Positions 20,297 to 29,604 of a stretch of DNA of 64,000 bases are shown one piece after another. The position numbers and the translations under genes are program-made. The stretch comes from Bdellovibrionales bacterium (lineage in GTDB: Bacteria > Bdellovibrionota > Bdellovibrionia > Bdellovibrionales > UBA1609), in contig OZ241456.1 of NCBI GenBank assembly GCA_965200875.1, positions 832,001 through 896,000 of the forward strand. Reading direction: 5' to 3'. A model generated the notes under the pieces. It did not search any database. It saw only the letters and a list, made by a program, of their open reading frames with translations, and was not told the DNA's origin. The stretch's first letter is position 1; every line of letters starts with the position of its first letter.

Positions 20297-21007
20297 TTAA
20301 ATGGTTTGTTTTTGCCACCGTTCGTACTCTTGCTGAACCAAAGAACCAGATCTTTTCAGGATAGGTTTAAATTTTACTAATTCCTTTCTGGCTTTATTCA
20401 CTTGGCCGGATTTCACCAACAGATTAATGTAAGCACGCATAACAGTAATCTGCACAGTGTTGGGGCTAGCGTTTAAAGCATATTTGTAGTAAGAAAGAGC
20501 AAATTCTACTTGTCCTTGTTTTTCCAGAATACGGGCGTAATTGTAAGAGGCCTTTACACTGGAACCTTTTTTAGTAAAATACTCTTTGTAAGTTTTGCTG
20601 GCTGATTCCAGTCTGTTTCTGCGGTATTGAAACTCTCCGAGTTTTGCAAGTATTTTCATGTCGTTTGAAGAGCGAAAAAAAGACCTGTGCGCGTTTTCCG
20701 TGCAGTTGTATTTTTTAAGCTGAAGACAAAGAGAAGTCAGTTTTTTAAAAGACTTTTCATTGAGTGTTCCTGTCCATTGTCTGGCTTTAAGAGGCATAAT
20801 GGTCAGGGAAGCGGATCCCCAGTTTCCAACATAAACCACAAAACCCATCAAAGTGAGTCCAGCGATAAAGATGTTTTTTGCGATTTTATTTTGGATTTGT
20901 CTTTCTTTTGTTTGGTTGAGGGATTTATGCCATCCACACTGACAGTGCAAAGTGTTTCCGGTTTTTTTGATTTTGTTTCCACAGTTTGGGCAATTTATGA
21001 AGTTCAT
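20297..21007 (-). CDS. Zn-ribbon, TM and TPR-like protein
   Basis: CPNCG...CQCG, a hydrophobic helix, and TPR-like YNYARILEKQGQVEFALSYYKYAL. Confidence 0.75.
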   Translation of the reverse strand: MNFINCPNCGNKIKKTGNTLHCQCGWHKSLNQTKERQIQNKIAKNIFIAGLTLMGFVVYVGNWGSASLTIMPLKARQWTGTLNEKSFKKLTSLCLQLKKYNCTENAHRSFFRSSNDMKILAKLGEFQYRRNRLESASKTYKEYFTKKGSSVKASYNYARILEKQGQVEFALSYYKYALNASPNTVQITVMRAYINLLVKSGQVNKARKELVKFKPILKRSGSLVQQEYERWQKQTI

Positions 21008-21243
21008 TTTTTTCTCCTTTGTTTTTTGGTTTATGTATAAATAAAGTGCAAGAAAAGGGGAGAGGTTTTTACAAGTGATTGAAATAGTTGTATATTTTTA
21101 TATTTGATTGATAAGTGTTTAGAGATTGGTGATGAAAAGTGTTTCAAAGTGAAACAAAGAGCTGTGTAAAGTTCAGACACTAAAGACAAAATGGGTATCA
21201 AGGTTCTGTCTCGCCTCAAGATCGAGTATTACCAAAGCATTCC

Positions 21244-22092
21244 TCAAAAATGTAGACTGTGAGAATCTTCCGGTCTTTCACTTTTTGTTTTTTGCTTTCT
21301 GTGTTCCACTTCCAGCTTTTGAATAGAGTGAAAGTCTTTATCATTAAACTGTCTTTTTACAGAAACATCAATATCCGTGAAGTCTTTATTTTGAGCAAGA
21401 GATACAACTCCCAAGCGACTCAGCTCTAAAAGAGCTAGAAAAGCAATAAGAGTTTGAGGCAGATGATTCCCTTCTTTCCTGTTAGTAAGGGAACTCATTT
21501 TTAATTCAGCCCCGACAATTAAACGATGATGAATGGCATGAATACAATCTGATAAAAAAGGAAAAGGGTCTTGAAACAATCCAGAAAATCGATCAGAGAC
21601 AGAGGCGTCCTTTTGAAATACCCGGAAATGAGTACGCAAAAGCCTTAGAAGAGGTTGTTGTTTTATCCGATCTAGCACAGGTTCTGAAAGCGGGAAAAAG
21701 CATTCTTTATCGTGTTCTGTTATTCCCGATGACCATACATCTCTGCCCAACAAAGAACATTGGTTAAATTGATTAGAAAGGCTTTGCACAGCTTGTATTT
21801 TCAGCAAACTTCGCGTGAGCGCACCTTGAAGAACCTCTTTATTTTCCACTTCAGAATTTTCTGATTCTTCAGAAGGAAATAAGCTTTTAGATTTAATGTA
21901 AATCAGTAAAGCAGCCATTCTTATAAAATCCCCGGCAGAATCTAGATCCGTAATGGAATTTTGTTCAATAAAGGTCAAATACTGCTCGGTGATTTTATGA
22001 ATATCTATATCGAAAATGTCCATTTCCTCCCGGCGAATAAGCTGGAGGAGCAGATCTAATGGCCCGCTGAACTCTTTAATTTGAATATTCAA
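21244..22092 (-). CDS. scpA: Segregation and condensation protein A
   Basis: FSGPLDLLLQLI..EEMDIFDI..ITEQYL, IKSKSL and FLALLEL motifs. Confidence 0.93.
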   Translation of the reverse strand: MNIQIKEFSGPLDLLLQLIRREEMDIFDIDIHKITEQYLTFIEQNSITDLDSAGDFIRMAALLIYIKSKSLFPSEESENSEVENKEVLQGALTRSLLKIQAVQSLSNQFNQCSLLGRDVWSSGITEHDKECFFPLSEPVLDRIKQQPLLRLLRTHFRVFQKDASVSDRFSGLFQDPFPFLSDCIHAIHHRLIVGAELKMSSLTNRKEGNHLPQTLIAFLALLELSRLGVVSLAQNKDFTDIDVSVKRQFNDKDFHSIQKLEVEHRKQKTKSERPEDSHSLHF

Positions 22093-22254
22093 TTTAACAC
22101 CTCTTTTTCATTCTATCAGTTTTTTGCAGGAAAACAAAGATTTTACTGTAAAACCTTGCAATTATTCTCCAAATAAATTATAAAAAATCAAGTGATAATA
22201 ATATGTTATCAGCTTTTCACAGATAACTGACTAAAGAATATGAAGGGGTAAAAT

Positions 22255-22743
22255 TTGATGAGCAGAAAAGCCAAAGAATATCTTATATCTGCTATAGCTG
22301 TGATCGGTGGGATTATCGCTTTGATCATGATGACAATATACGAACAAGATAATTATCCAAAGCTTTTCCGTTTTGGCATACAAAAATGGGCCGTGCGGTG
22401 TGAAAGTGAGGGGTGGGTATATCATTTAATTTCCTATAACCCTTTAGGCCATGATTCCACTAAAAACATCACCAGCCGAAGCTTAAGCTTTTTGGATGAA
22501 AAGGAAAAACGCCGTTATTCCATTCACCGGTTTGATAAAAATTCTTTGGATAGGGATTCCGTATGGCGCTTTATTTACCACGAAGGTTTAATCCGATCTT
22601 TTTCCAAAGAAGATGAATCCAAGGTTCTAAAAGGGAATGAACAGGTTTTTGAAATTGCCGAGGATTTTCACTCTCTCACTATTACGACAAAAAACAATCA
22701 AAAACTGAAACTCCCCTGTGAACCTGTCACTTTGTCGGATTAA
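22255..22743 (+). CDS. Hypothetical membrane-anchored protein
   Basis: 162-aa ORF with an N-terminal TM helix and a purine-rich RBS-like site. Confidence 0.7.
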   Translation: MMSRKAKEYLISAIAVIGGIIALIMMTIYEQDNYPKLFRFGIQKWAVRCESEGWVYHLISYNPLGHDSTKNITSRSLSFLDEKEKRRYSIHRFDKNSLDRDSVWRFIYHEGLIRSFSKEDESKVLKGNEQVFEIAEDFHSLTITTKNNQKLKLPCEPVTLSD

Positions 22744-22782
22744 ACAAGCTCCTCGTGAGGAAAAAGGAAAGGATAGAACATT

Positions 22783-23664
22783 TTGTTATATGGAAGTTGG
22801 AAAACGATAAAAGAAAGAGAGTGGAAAAAAATGCAAAAAGATATGAATAAAATTTTTCAGAAAAAATATGAGAAGTTTGGTATTCCCGTGCCTCAAATTC
22901 ATTTTGTATTGGGTTCTTTGTTGGGTTCAGAATTAAATGCTGTTAGTTCTTTGTTTCCTGCATGGGAAAAGCGGGGGCAGGTGATTTTTTCTGAAATCCC
23001 TAGGTTAAACTCAGTATCTGCACCTTCTCATTCAGGTTGCTATGAATATTTTTATCATAAGGAAAAAAATAAAAGTATATGTTTTCAGCTGGGCAGATTA
23101 CATGGGTATGAGGGTTTGTCAGCTTGGGAAGTGGCACAAACAGTAATAGGGCCCCGTGAAGCGGGAACGGATTATTTTGTGCTTTCCAATATTTCCGGTG
23201 GGCTAAAGAAAGAACTGGTTCCCGGTTCTGTTGTGGCTATTGCAGATCATATTAATTTTACCGGGAAAAGCCCACTTGTGGGTCTTTCAAAGCAGGAGCC
23301 AAAGAGTTTTTATTTTCTGGATATGGAGAAAGCTTATAATGCTGAAATAACGACTGATATTGTAAAAGAAATGAAGAGACAAAATCTAAGTGTAAAGTCA
23401 GGTGTTTATATTGCTGTGCTGGGTCCTCAGTTTGAAACCCCGGCGGAAGTGCGTTTATTCACCAAATGGGGAGCGGATGTGGTGGGAATGTCTACTGTGT
23501 GGGAAGTAATGGCACTTTACTATTCCAAGGCAAAGGTGAGTGCGTTTTCTATAGTGGCCAATCCAGCATGTGGGGTAGGGGAGTCAGTGGAGATAGAGCA
23601 CTCTCGACTTAAACCCTGCTTTGCTAGTGTCATCACTTCTTTTTTTCATTTTGCCCAAAAATGA
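22783..23664 (+). CDS. Purine nucleoside phosphorylase (PNP I family)
   Basis: VLGS, GRLHGYEG, DHINFTG, GPQFETPAE and GADVVGMSTV motifs. The start is probably ATG 22831. Confidence 0.93.
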   Translation: MLYGSWKTIKEREWKKMQKDMNKIFQKKYEKFGIPVPQIHFVLGSLLGSELNAVSSLFPAWEKRGQVIFSEIPRLNSVSAPSHSGCYEYFYHKEKNKSICFQLGRLHGYEGLSAWEVAQTVIGPREAGTDYFVLSNISGGLKKELVPGSVVAIADHINFTGKSPLVGLSKQEPKSFYFLDMEKAYNAEITTDIVKEMKRQNLSVKSGVYIAVLGPQFETPAEVRLFTKWGADVVGMSTVWEVMALYYSKAKVSAFSIVANPACGVGESVEIEHSRLKPCFASVITSFFHFAQK

Positions 23665-23695
23665 GTTAAACAGGTAAAAATCCTGAGAAGAAGCT

Positions 23696-24322
23696 CTATA
23701 AAGCCACTACTTGTTGGACTTCCGATATTTGATTTTTGAGATGAGTTTCTATTCCCTGTTTAAGAGTGACAGAAGAACTAGGACAACCAGAGCAAGCCCC
23801 TTGCATTTTTAAAAATACAGTGCCGTTTTTATAGCCGGCAAAGGCAATAAAACCTCCATCCATCGCTACCGCTGGTTGAATTTCTGTTTGCAAAATGTGT
23901 TTGATTTTTTGAACTGTTGCGGAATCCAATGGAGCAGAATCTAGTGGAGCAGAATCATCATTTTTATTTATGGATTCCGAGGGAGGTGCCAACAAAACCG
24001 TTTGTCCGCTTTCTATATGCTCTTGAATCATTTGGGATAGAGGTTCAGTTAATGTTTCCCATTCCACCCAGTCTTCTTTGGTGATAGTTATAAAGTTGGA
24101 ACCGATAAAGACTTTTGAAGCCCAAGGGAATCCCAATATTTTTTGAGCCAAAGGTGACCTTCCGGCTTTGGTTATATCTTCTGTTTCCCAGATTTCTTCG
24201 ACAATATTTTTGTTGATGGTAAATTTCAAGGAATGAGGGTTGGGTGTTGGTTCTGCGAAGACTGTTATTTTTTGTGCTTTTTCCATGTTTATGATAATAA
24301 CTTTATTTATTTTATTTTTCAA
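23696..24322 (-). CDS. nfuA: NifU/NfuA-family Fe-S scaffold
   Basis: EPTPNP..LKF N-domain, IQPAVAMDGG and GACSGCPSS motifs. The start is probably ATG 24286. Confidence 0.92.
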   Translation of the reverse strand: MKNKINKVIIINMEKAQKITVFAEPTPNPHSLKFTINKNIVEEIWETEDITKAGRSPLAQKILGFPWASKVFIGSNFITITKEDWVEWETLTEPLSQMIQEHIESGQTVLLAPPSESINKNDDSAPLDSAPLDSATVQKIKHILQTEIQPAVAMDGGFIAFAGYKNGTVFLKMQGACSGCPSSSVTLKQGIETHLKNQISEVQQVVAL

Positions 24323-24387
24323 ATTGATTTTTTGGTTTTTTAAGTTTGTAGTTTGTGAAAAAGTCCTTATGTGTGCCAGCTAGCTTT

Positions 24388-24546
24388 CTCATACCTCACT
24401 GCTCAGTCTCAAACATGTGTGCTTTCCACCTACGTCTTTCAGTTGTGGTGGAGAGTAAAGTTTTTGCAGAGATTTTGTGTTTTCCGAGCCAGCGTCTTTC
24501 AATCGTGGGTGCTCAAAGCCGAACTCGACTCAATGTGGGGTATGAG
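24388..24546. ncRNA. Candidate structured non-coding RNA
   Basis: A 12-bp closing stem CTCATACCTCAC/GTGGGGTATGAG encloses two hairpins, each carrying CGTCTTTCARTYGTGG. Confidence 0.55.
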
Positions 24547-24746
24547 CAATAAGTTTTTTACATTCTTCAATTTTGCAAGAAAACAAGAGTTTTGTTGTAA
24601 AATTTTGTAATTATTTTTCGGGGGTTTGATAAAAAATCCAATAATAATAATGTGTTATCAGGTTTACCTAGTGGCCCGTACAGAAAATATGCGGTGCTTG
24701 TAGAATTAGTGAATCCTCTTGATTTCAGTTTCCAATAGTTTTACAT

Positions 24747-24894
24747 TAGTGGCCCGTGAAAAAGTATGTTATTTCCCTGGATTCCCGCCTGCAAGGGACT
24801 GAAAGCCAATAACTTGGCTTTCAGTTTCCAAGAGGGAGCTTTCTCTTTAACAGGTAAGTAACCGGTTTTAGCAGGGGTTTTTCACGGACCACTA
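24747..24894. mobile_element. MITE-like element, complete copy
   Basis: TIRs TAGTGGCCCGTGAAAAA / TTTTTCACGGACCACTA, internal ATTCCC-N8-GGGACT and CTGAAAGCCAA..TTGGCTTTCAG palindromes. TACATTA is repeated at both junctions. A degenerate partial copy starts at 24669. Confidence 0.8.
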
Positions 24895-24923
24895 CATTAT
24901 TGTTTTTTCAAAGGGAGTGTTGT

Positions 24924-25838
24924 GTGACTGACCAAGTAAAGAAGATACTCAGTTTTTATGAGTCAGAAAATCTAGGAGTAATAAATAATCTGAGTCGGAT
25001 TTTAAATCATGGTTATTTGGGTGGAACAGGCAAAGTGGTTATTTTACCCGTAGATCAAGGGTTTGAACATGGTCCTATTCTCAGTTTTTCAGAAAATGAA
25101 AATGGTTATGATCCTAGTTATCATTTCAAGTTGGCTATTTCTTCTGGCTGTAATGCTTATGCCGCGCCTCTTGGTTTTTTACGAGCCGGTACAAGAGAAT
25201 TTGCGGGAGAAATACCTCTCATCCTGAAAGTTAACCATTCAGACAATCTTTACAAAGACTCCGCCGGGCCTGTTCCAGCGTTAACCTCTTCAGTGGAATC
25301 CGCTTTAGAGCTTGGTTGCTCTGCTGTGGGTTTTACCATTTATCCGGGAAGTGATCAAAGAAAGCTGATGTATGAGGAAATAGCACGGGTGTCTGAACAG
25401 GCGCGAAAGTACGGATTAGTGGTGATTATTTGGTCTTATCCAAGAGGAAAGGGAGTGAGCAAGCAAGGGGAAACCGCTTTGGATGTTGTGGCGTATGCCG
25501 CTCATATTGCCACTCAGCTGGGTGCTCATATTGTTAAAATAAAACCTCCTTCAGATTATATTGAAAATGATTCCATTAAAAATATATTGAAAGATAAAGC
25601 TATAAACACGCTTTCCGATCGTGTTCGTTATGTGATTCAATCCGCTTTTAACGGAAAAAGAATAGTGATTTTCAGTGGTGGTCCGGCTAAAGAGAAAGAA
25701 ATGTTTATTCAGGAAATCAGGGAATTGGCCAAGGGGGGTGCTTTCGGTAGTATTGTTGGACGAAATGCTTTTAAACGACCTTTTGATGAGGCAGTAAGTT
25801 TACTTAGGGAAATAATGAATATTTATAAAAGTGTTTGA
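24924..25838 (+). CDS. fbaB: Class I fructose-bisphosphate aldolase (DhnA/FbaB type)
   Basis: ILPVDQGFEHGP, GFTIYPGS, WSYPRG and GSIVGRNAF motifs. GTG start at 24924 after AGGGAG. Confidence 0.93.
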   Translation: MTDQVKKILSFYESENLGVINNLSRILNHGYLGGTGKVVILPVDQGFEHGPILSFSENENGYDPSYHFKLAISSGCNAYAAPLGFLRAGTREFAGEIPLILKVNHSDNLYKDSAGPVPALTSSVESALELGCSAVGFTIYPGSDQRKLMYEEIARVSEQARKYGLVVIIWSYPRGKGVSKQGETALDVVAYAAHIATQLGAHIVKIKPPSDYIENDSIKNILKDKAINTLSDRVRYVIQSAFNGKRIVIFSGGPAKEKEMFIQEIRELAKGGAFGSIVGRNAFKRPFDEAVSLLREIMNIYKSV

Positions 25839-25845
25839 GTGATAT

Positions 25846-26079
25846 TTACTTACTCAAAAGTTTATCCAGTTTTATGTTTACTTCTTTTATTTCTTTTTTA
25901 AACTGCTCAAGTTCTTTTTCTATACGAATTTGGTTTTCTTTTAAGGGTTCTGTTTTTGCGTCCAGCATGGCATGGACACCTTTCAAAAGGAATGCCTGAA
26001 AAGCAAACAAAAAGATACCACCAGTCAAGAGCAATGCAATTAACGCGGTTATCAAAGTAACATTTAAAGTTATTTCCAT
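25846..26079 (-). CDS. Small TM plus coiled-coil protein, tandem paralog 2
   Basis: Nearly identical to 26100..26324, with a 3-aa insertion. Confidence 0.75.
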   Translation of the reverse strand: MEITLNVTLITALIALLLTGGIFLFAFQAFLLKGVHAMLDAKTEPLKENQIRIEKELEQFKKEIKEVNIKLDKLLSK

Positions 26080-26099
26080 ATCTGTACTTTGAGTGACAT

Positions 26100-26324
26100 T
26101 TACTTATTCAAAAGCTTATCCAGTTTTATATTTACTTCTTTTTTAAATTGCTCAAGTTCTTTTTCTATACGAATTTGGTTTTCTTTTAAGGGTTCTGTTT
26201 TTGCGTCCAGCATAGCTTGGACACCTTTCAAAAGGAATGCCTGAAAAGCAAACAAAAAGATACCACCAGTCAAGAGCAATGCAATTAACGCGGTTATCAA
26301 AGTAACATTTAAAGTTATTTCCAT
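26100..26324 (-). CDS. Small TM plus coiled-coil protein, tandem paralog 1
   Basis: AGGAG RBS, hydrophobic N-terminus and KLDKLL C-terminus. Confidence 0.8.
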   Translation of the reverse strand: MEITLNVTLITALIALLLTGGIFLFAFQAFLLKGVQAMLDAKTEPLKENQIRIEKELEQFKKEVNIKLDKLLNK

Positions 26325-26593
26325 ATCTGTACTCCTATAAAGATTGTATCATACTAAGATACCATTATTTCCATATTATAAACTATACCAACTTAGAAGG
26401 AAAAGGTCTATCTAGATTGGCTTTTTTCCAATTTTTATACATATATATTCTCGAATAAGAGCTAATAATGGATTTTTAGCAGGTTTTATCACTAATGTTG
26501 AGGTTTATCCTCTCTTGTTTAATGAAGGAAAGAAAATAACTGTTGAAAACAAAGGAAAGGTGACATAAGAAGATGATTAGCTCTTGATTATTT

Positions 26594-26738
26594 TAGTGGT
26601 CCGTGAAAAAGTATATTTGCTTAAGGAAAAAATATGGCAAATCTCTTTAAAACCCAGCAAGATTCCCGTTTTCACGGGACTGAAAAGCCAACAACTTGGC
26701 TTGTTAGTTTTATAAAACACCTTTTTCACGGGGTATTA
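26594..26738. mobile_element. MITE-like element upstream of lysS
   Basis: TAGTGGTCCGTGAAAAAGTAT...ATTCCCGTTTTCACGGGACTGAAAAGCCAACAACTTGGC...TTTTTCACGGGGTATTA. Confidence 0.75.
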
Positions 26739-26761
26739 TTTTAAAGTGAAAGAAGTAAAAA

Positions 26762-28246
26762 ATGAGTATGGAAAAAAAAGACAATGTTTTAAGAGAGGAG
26801 AAAAAAAGAAAATTAACACTGCTTTTGGAAAAAAATCTTAACCCTTATCCTCATAATTTTAAGCGCACTCATGTCAGTGCTCAAATTCAAACACAATATG
26901 CGCATTTAAAATCTGGAGAATCTACCCCTACAGAGGAAAAAATACAGGTGGCAGGCCGGTTAATGCTTAAAAGAAGTATGGGCAAAGTGGCATTTTTCAA
27001 TATTCAAGATCAGGAAGGCAACCTACAGTGTTATCTTAAAATTCAAGAGTTGGACAAGCAGTCTGATCAGTTTTTTTCTTTAGTGGATATTGGGGATATT
27101 GTAGGGGTGCAGGGGACTTTGTTTCGCACTAAAAAAGGTGAGCTGACTTTGCGCTGTAAGGAATTTCAAATTTTATGTAAAAGTATAGAACCTCTTCCTG
27201 AAAAATATCATGGTGTGGAGGATACGGAATTAAAATATCGCCGAAGGTATTTGGATTTGATTATGAATCCTGATTCCAAAAAAGTTTTTCTCATCCGCTC
27301 AAAAGTTATAAAGGAAATTCGTGCCTTTATGGATAAGCGGGGGTTTTTAGAAGTGGACACCCCCATTCTCCAGCCTCTTTATGGTGGAGCAGAGGCTGAA
27401 CCTTTTTCCACACATCATCGCACTCTGGATTGTAATTTATACTTAAAAATTTCCCCTGAGCTGTATTTAAAGCGCTTGATTATAGGAGGCTTTGAAAAAG
27501 TTTATGAACTGGGGAAAAATTTCAGAAATGAAGGCATTGATCGTTCTCACAATCCTGAGTTTATGATGTTGGAATATTACGAAACTTATACGGATTATTT
27601 GGATCAGATGAAACAATTTGAAGAATTGGTTTGTCATGTAGTGAAAAGTGTGAAGGGCAGTTTAAAGTTTAAATACCAAGATAGGTTTTTGGACTTTACT
27701 CCTCCCTGGAAAAGAATCAGTGTGATGGAGGGTATTAAACAACAGGCTGGTTTTTCTGTGGAAAAAATGAGCGACAGAGAATTGTTTGATAAAATAAAAT
27801 CTTTGGGATCAGATTTTGAAAAGGAGACAGCGCGGGGAGCTATGGTTATGGAAGCCTTTGAACTTACAGTGGAAAAACAAATATGGGATCCTGTGTTTAT
27901 TGTGGATTTTCCAAAAGATACCTCTCCTTTAACTAAAGAGCACCGAAGAAAAAAAGATTTAGTGGAGCGCTTTGAACCTTTTGTTGCGGGCCTAGAGCTA
28001 GGCAACGCCTATACGGAGCTAAACGATCCGGTGGATCAAAGAAAAAGACTGAAAGAGCAGGAGCAACAAAGAAAAGTGAAAGAGTCAGCGCATCCTATGG
28101 ATCATGATTTTGCGCGTGCTATTGATATAGGCATGCCACCCACGGGAGGAGTGGGTTTAGGTGTAGAGCGTTTAATTCTTCTGCTGGCCAATCAACGCAG
28201 TATCAGAGACATTATTTTATTCCCTACTTTAAAATCTCTAAGTTAG
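26762..28246 (+). CDS. lysS: Lysine--tRNA ligase (class II)
   Basis: OB domain, YRRRYLDL, FRNEGID.SHNPEF and GMPPTGGVGLGVERL motifs. Confidence 0.98.
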   Translation: MSMEKKDNVLREEKKRKLTLLLEKNLNPYPHNFKRTHVSAQIQTQYAHLKSGESTPTEEKIQVAGRLMLKRSMGKVAFFNIQDQEGNLQCYLKIQELDKQSDQFFSLVDIGDIVGVQGTLFRTKKGELTLRCKEFQILCKSIEPLPEKYHGVEDTELKYRRRYLDLIMNPDSKKVFLIRSKVIKEIRAFMDKRGFLEVDTPILQPLYGGAEAEPFSTHHRTLDCNLYLKISPELYLKRLIIGGFEKVYELGKNFRNEGIDRSHNPEFMMLEYYETYTDYLDQMKQFEELVCHVVKSVKGSLKFKYQDRFLDFTPPWKRISVMEGIKQQAGFSVEKMSDRELFDKIKSLGSDFEKETARGAMVMEAFELTVEKQIWDPVFIVDFPKDTSPLTKEHRRKKDLVERFEPFVAGLELGNAYTELNDPVDQRKRLKEQEQQRKVKESAHPMDHDFARAIDIGMPPTGGVGLGVERLILLLANQRSIRDIILFPTLKSLS

Positions 28247-28594
28247 GTTAGGAGGTGACTCACAATTACTGATAGTAGAAGGGGAACTACTTTCTGCCAA
28301 GCTTGTACATTTTTTTTGAGCGGATTCTCTGGCTTTGCTTTCGGTTTCACCCTGTCCTCTAATGGTACTTTCTCCACACTCACAGAGCAGGGTTATCGAA
28401 GCTCCTTGAGTCACCACTTCTTTTGCTTCCTTAATTGTAGCTACCACTTCTTCTTTTTTGTCTATAGTTATTACTGGTCGGTCTTTCCCATTACTACTTT
28501 CTCCACTTTCTTCACTACTTGAACCATCGCAAGCAGAAAACATAAAGAATAAAAAGATAAGACTTATATAATAAAAGAGCAGTTTTATTTTCAT
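28238..28594 (-). CDS. Small lipoprotein
   Basis: Lipobox FSAC, a Ser-rich linker and a 4-Cys C-terminal domain. Confidence 0.75.
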   Translation of the reverse strand: MKIKLLFYYISLIFLFFMFSACDGSSSEESGESSNGKDRPVITIDKKEEVVATIKEAKEVVTQGASITLLCECGESTIRGQGETESKARESAQKKCTSLAESSSPSTISNCESPPNLT

Positions 28595-28648
28595 AATTTT
28601 TTCCTTCTCACCTCAAGGTTAAGGAGGGTGCTAAAAGCTTTTTCATGT

Positions 28649-29251
28649 TCAATTATTATCTGGCGTCTGTGCGGTGTTGTTTTTATCTGCTTTTTCATTA
28701 TGACTTATAAAGCAAACACTTAGAGAGCTACATTGACTTTTTAAAGTTAGAGGTCTTAACTCTTGTTGTTCTTCTGTGGCTAATTTTTCCTCAGTGGCTA
28801 ATTTTTCCTCATATCTTCTTATCTTTTTATCTAGTTTATAAAAACAAATAGCTTTTGCCGCCTCATTCACTGAATTCCACTCAGAACCAAACTCCACTGC
28901 CTCTTCAAAAAAGAAAGTGTTTAATTGATTTCCTTGATTTCCTTGATTTCCTTGTGGTCTTGGGTTAAGATCACCTGCTTCTTCAGTACCTGCTTCTTCA
29001 GCTTGAAAATTAGCACCACACATACATTTAACTGATCCTTCTTCATTGCTATATGGAGGTCTACAAGTTTTACTGACTTCACATTCTCCTTCTGCTTCCA
29101 CTACTTCTCCATCTTCATAACTATAAATCGAACCCGGGTTACTTAAACATTCTGTACCATGATTGAAGTGAGAAATTCGTGATCTAACAGCAAAAGCCTC
29201 TCCCCAACTAAAAATAAAAGTTGTCACTATTACAAATTTCATCAGTTTCAT
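28649..29251 (-). CDS. Secreted Cys-containing hypothetical protein
   Basis: ATG 29251 after AGGAGG, signal peptide ending AFA, and short internal repeats (QGN x3, EEKLAT x2). Confidence 0.75.
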   Translation of the reverse strand: MKLMKFVIVTTFIFSWGEAFAVRSRISHFNHGTECLSNPGSIYSYEDGEVVEAEGECEVSKTCRPPYSNEEGSVKCMCGANFQAEEAGTEEAGDLNPRPQGNQGNQGNQLNTFFFEEAVEFGSEWNSVNEAAKAICFYKLDKKIRRYEEKLATEEKLATEEQQELRPLTLKSQCSSLSVCFISHNEKADKNNTAQTPDNN

Positions 29252-29280
29252 TAAAAACCTCCTTTTAAATTTTGAAAAAA

Positions 29281-29332
29281 CTCCCATTTAATCGGGATAC
29301 TTCAAGACTAACGGGGGGGGGTAAAAGTCAAG
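29281..29332 (-). promoter_or_regulatory. Sigma70-like promoter with C9 tract and leader hairpin (copy 2)
   Basis: The minus strand reads CTTGACTTTTA-C9-GTTAGTCTTGAAGTATCCCGATTAAATGGGAG. Confidence 0.75.
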
Positions 29333-29354
29333 AAATAAATTCAGAAAAACAAAT

Positions 29355-29558
29355 ATGAGTAAAAAAACGGTTAAAACTAGCTTTCAGCTCCGAGGTATTG
29401 TTGTAGCCGGAGCATTTATTTACATAAGATCTGGTTCAGAGGAAAAAAACAAGGAATATGCAAAAAAACATATTGATAGTTTTTTAGAAACTAAAACATT
29501 CCATGATATTGTTAAAGAAAATATCAGTAATAAGGTTGAGATAACCAACATTTTTTAG
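29355..29558 (+). CDS. Small hypothetical protein
   Basis: 67-aa ORF only, with no recognisable motif. Confidence 0.35.
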   Translation: MSKKTVKTSFQLRGIVVAGAFIYIRSGSEEKNKEYAKKHIDSFLETKTFHDIVKENISNKVEITNIF

Positions 29559-29604
29559 AAATAGTTACTCTGATATGTAAAGTTTTTTCTTTCAAACCAA
29601 CTCA

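Noticed and set aside
20272..20299. Third ACCGATTA sigma28-like box
   Set aside because: No TAAA-type -35 at the right spacing, and it points antisense into a gene end.
24433..24508. ATTGAAAG-like ends 60 nt apart as a mini-CRISPR
   Set aside because: Only two 16-nt imperfect copies, both embedded in hairpins. A structured RNA explains them better.
24355..24610. Short ORFs of 65 and 79 aa
   Set aside because: No RBS or motifs, and they overlap the candidate RNA.
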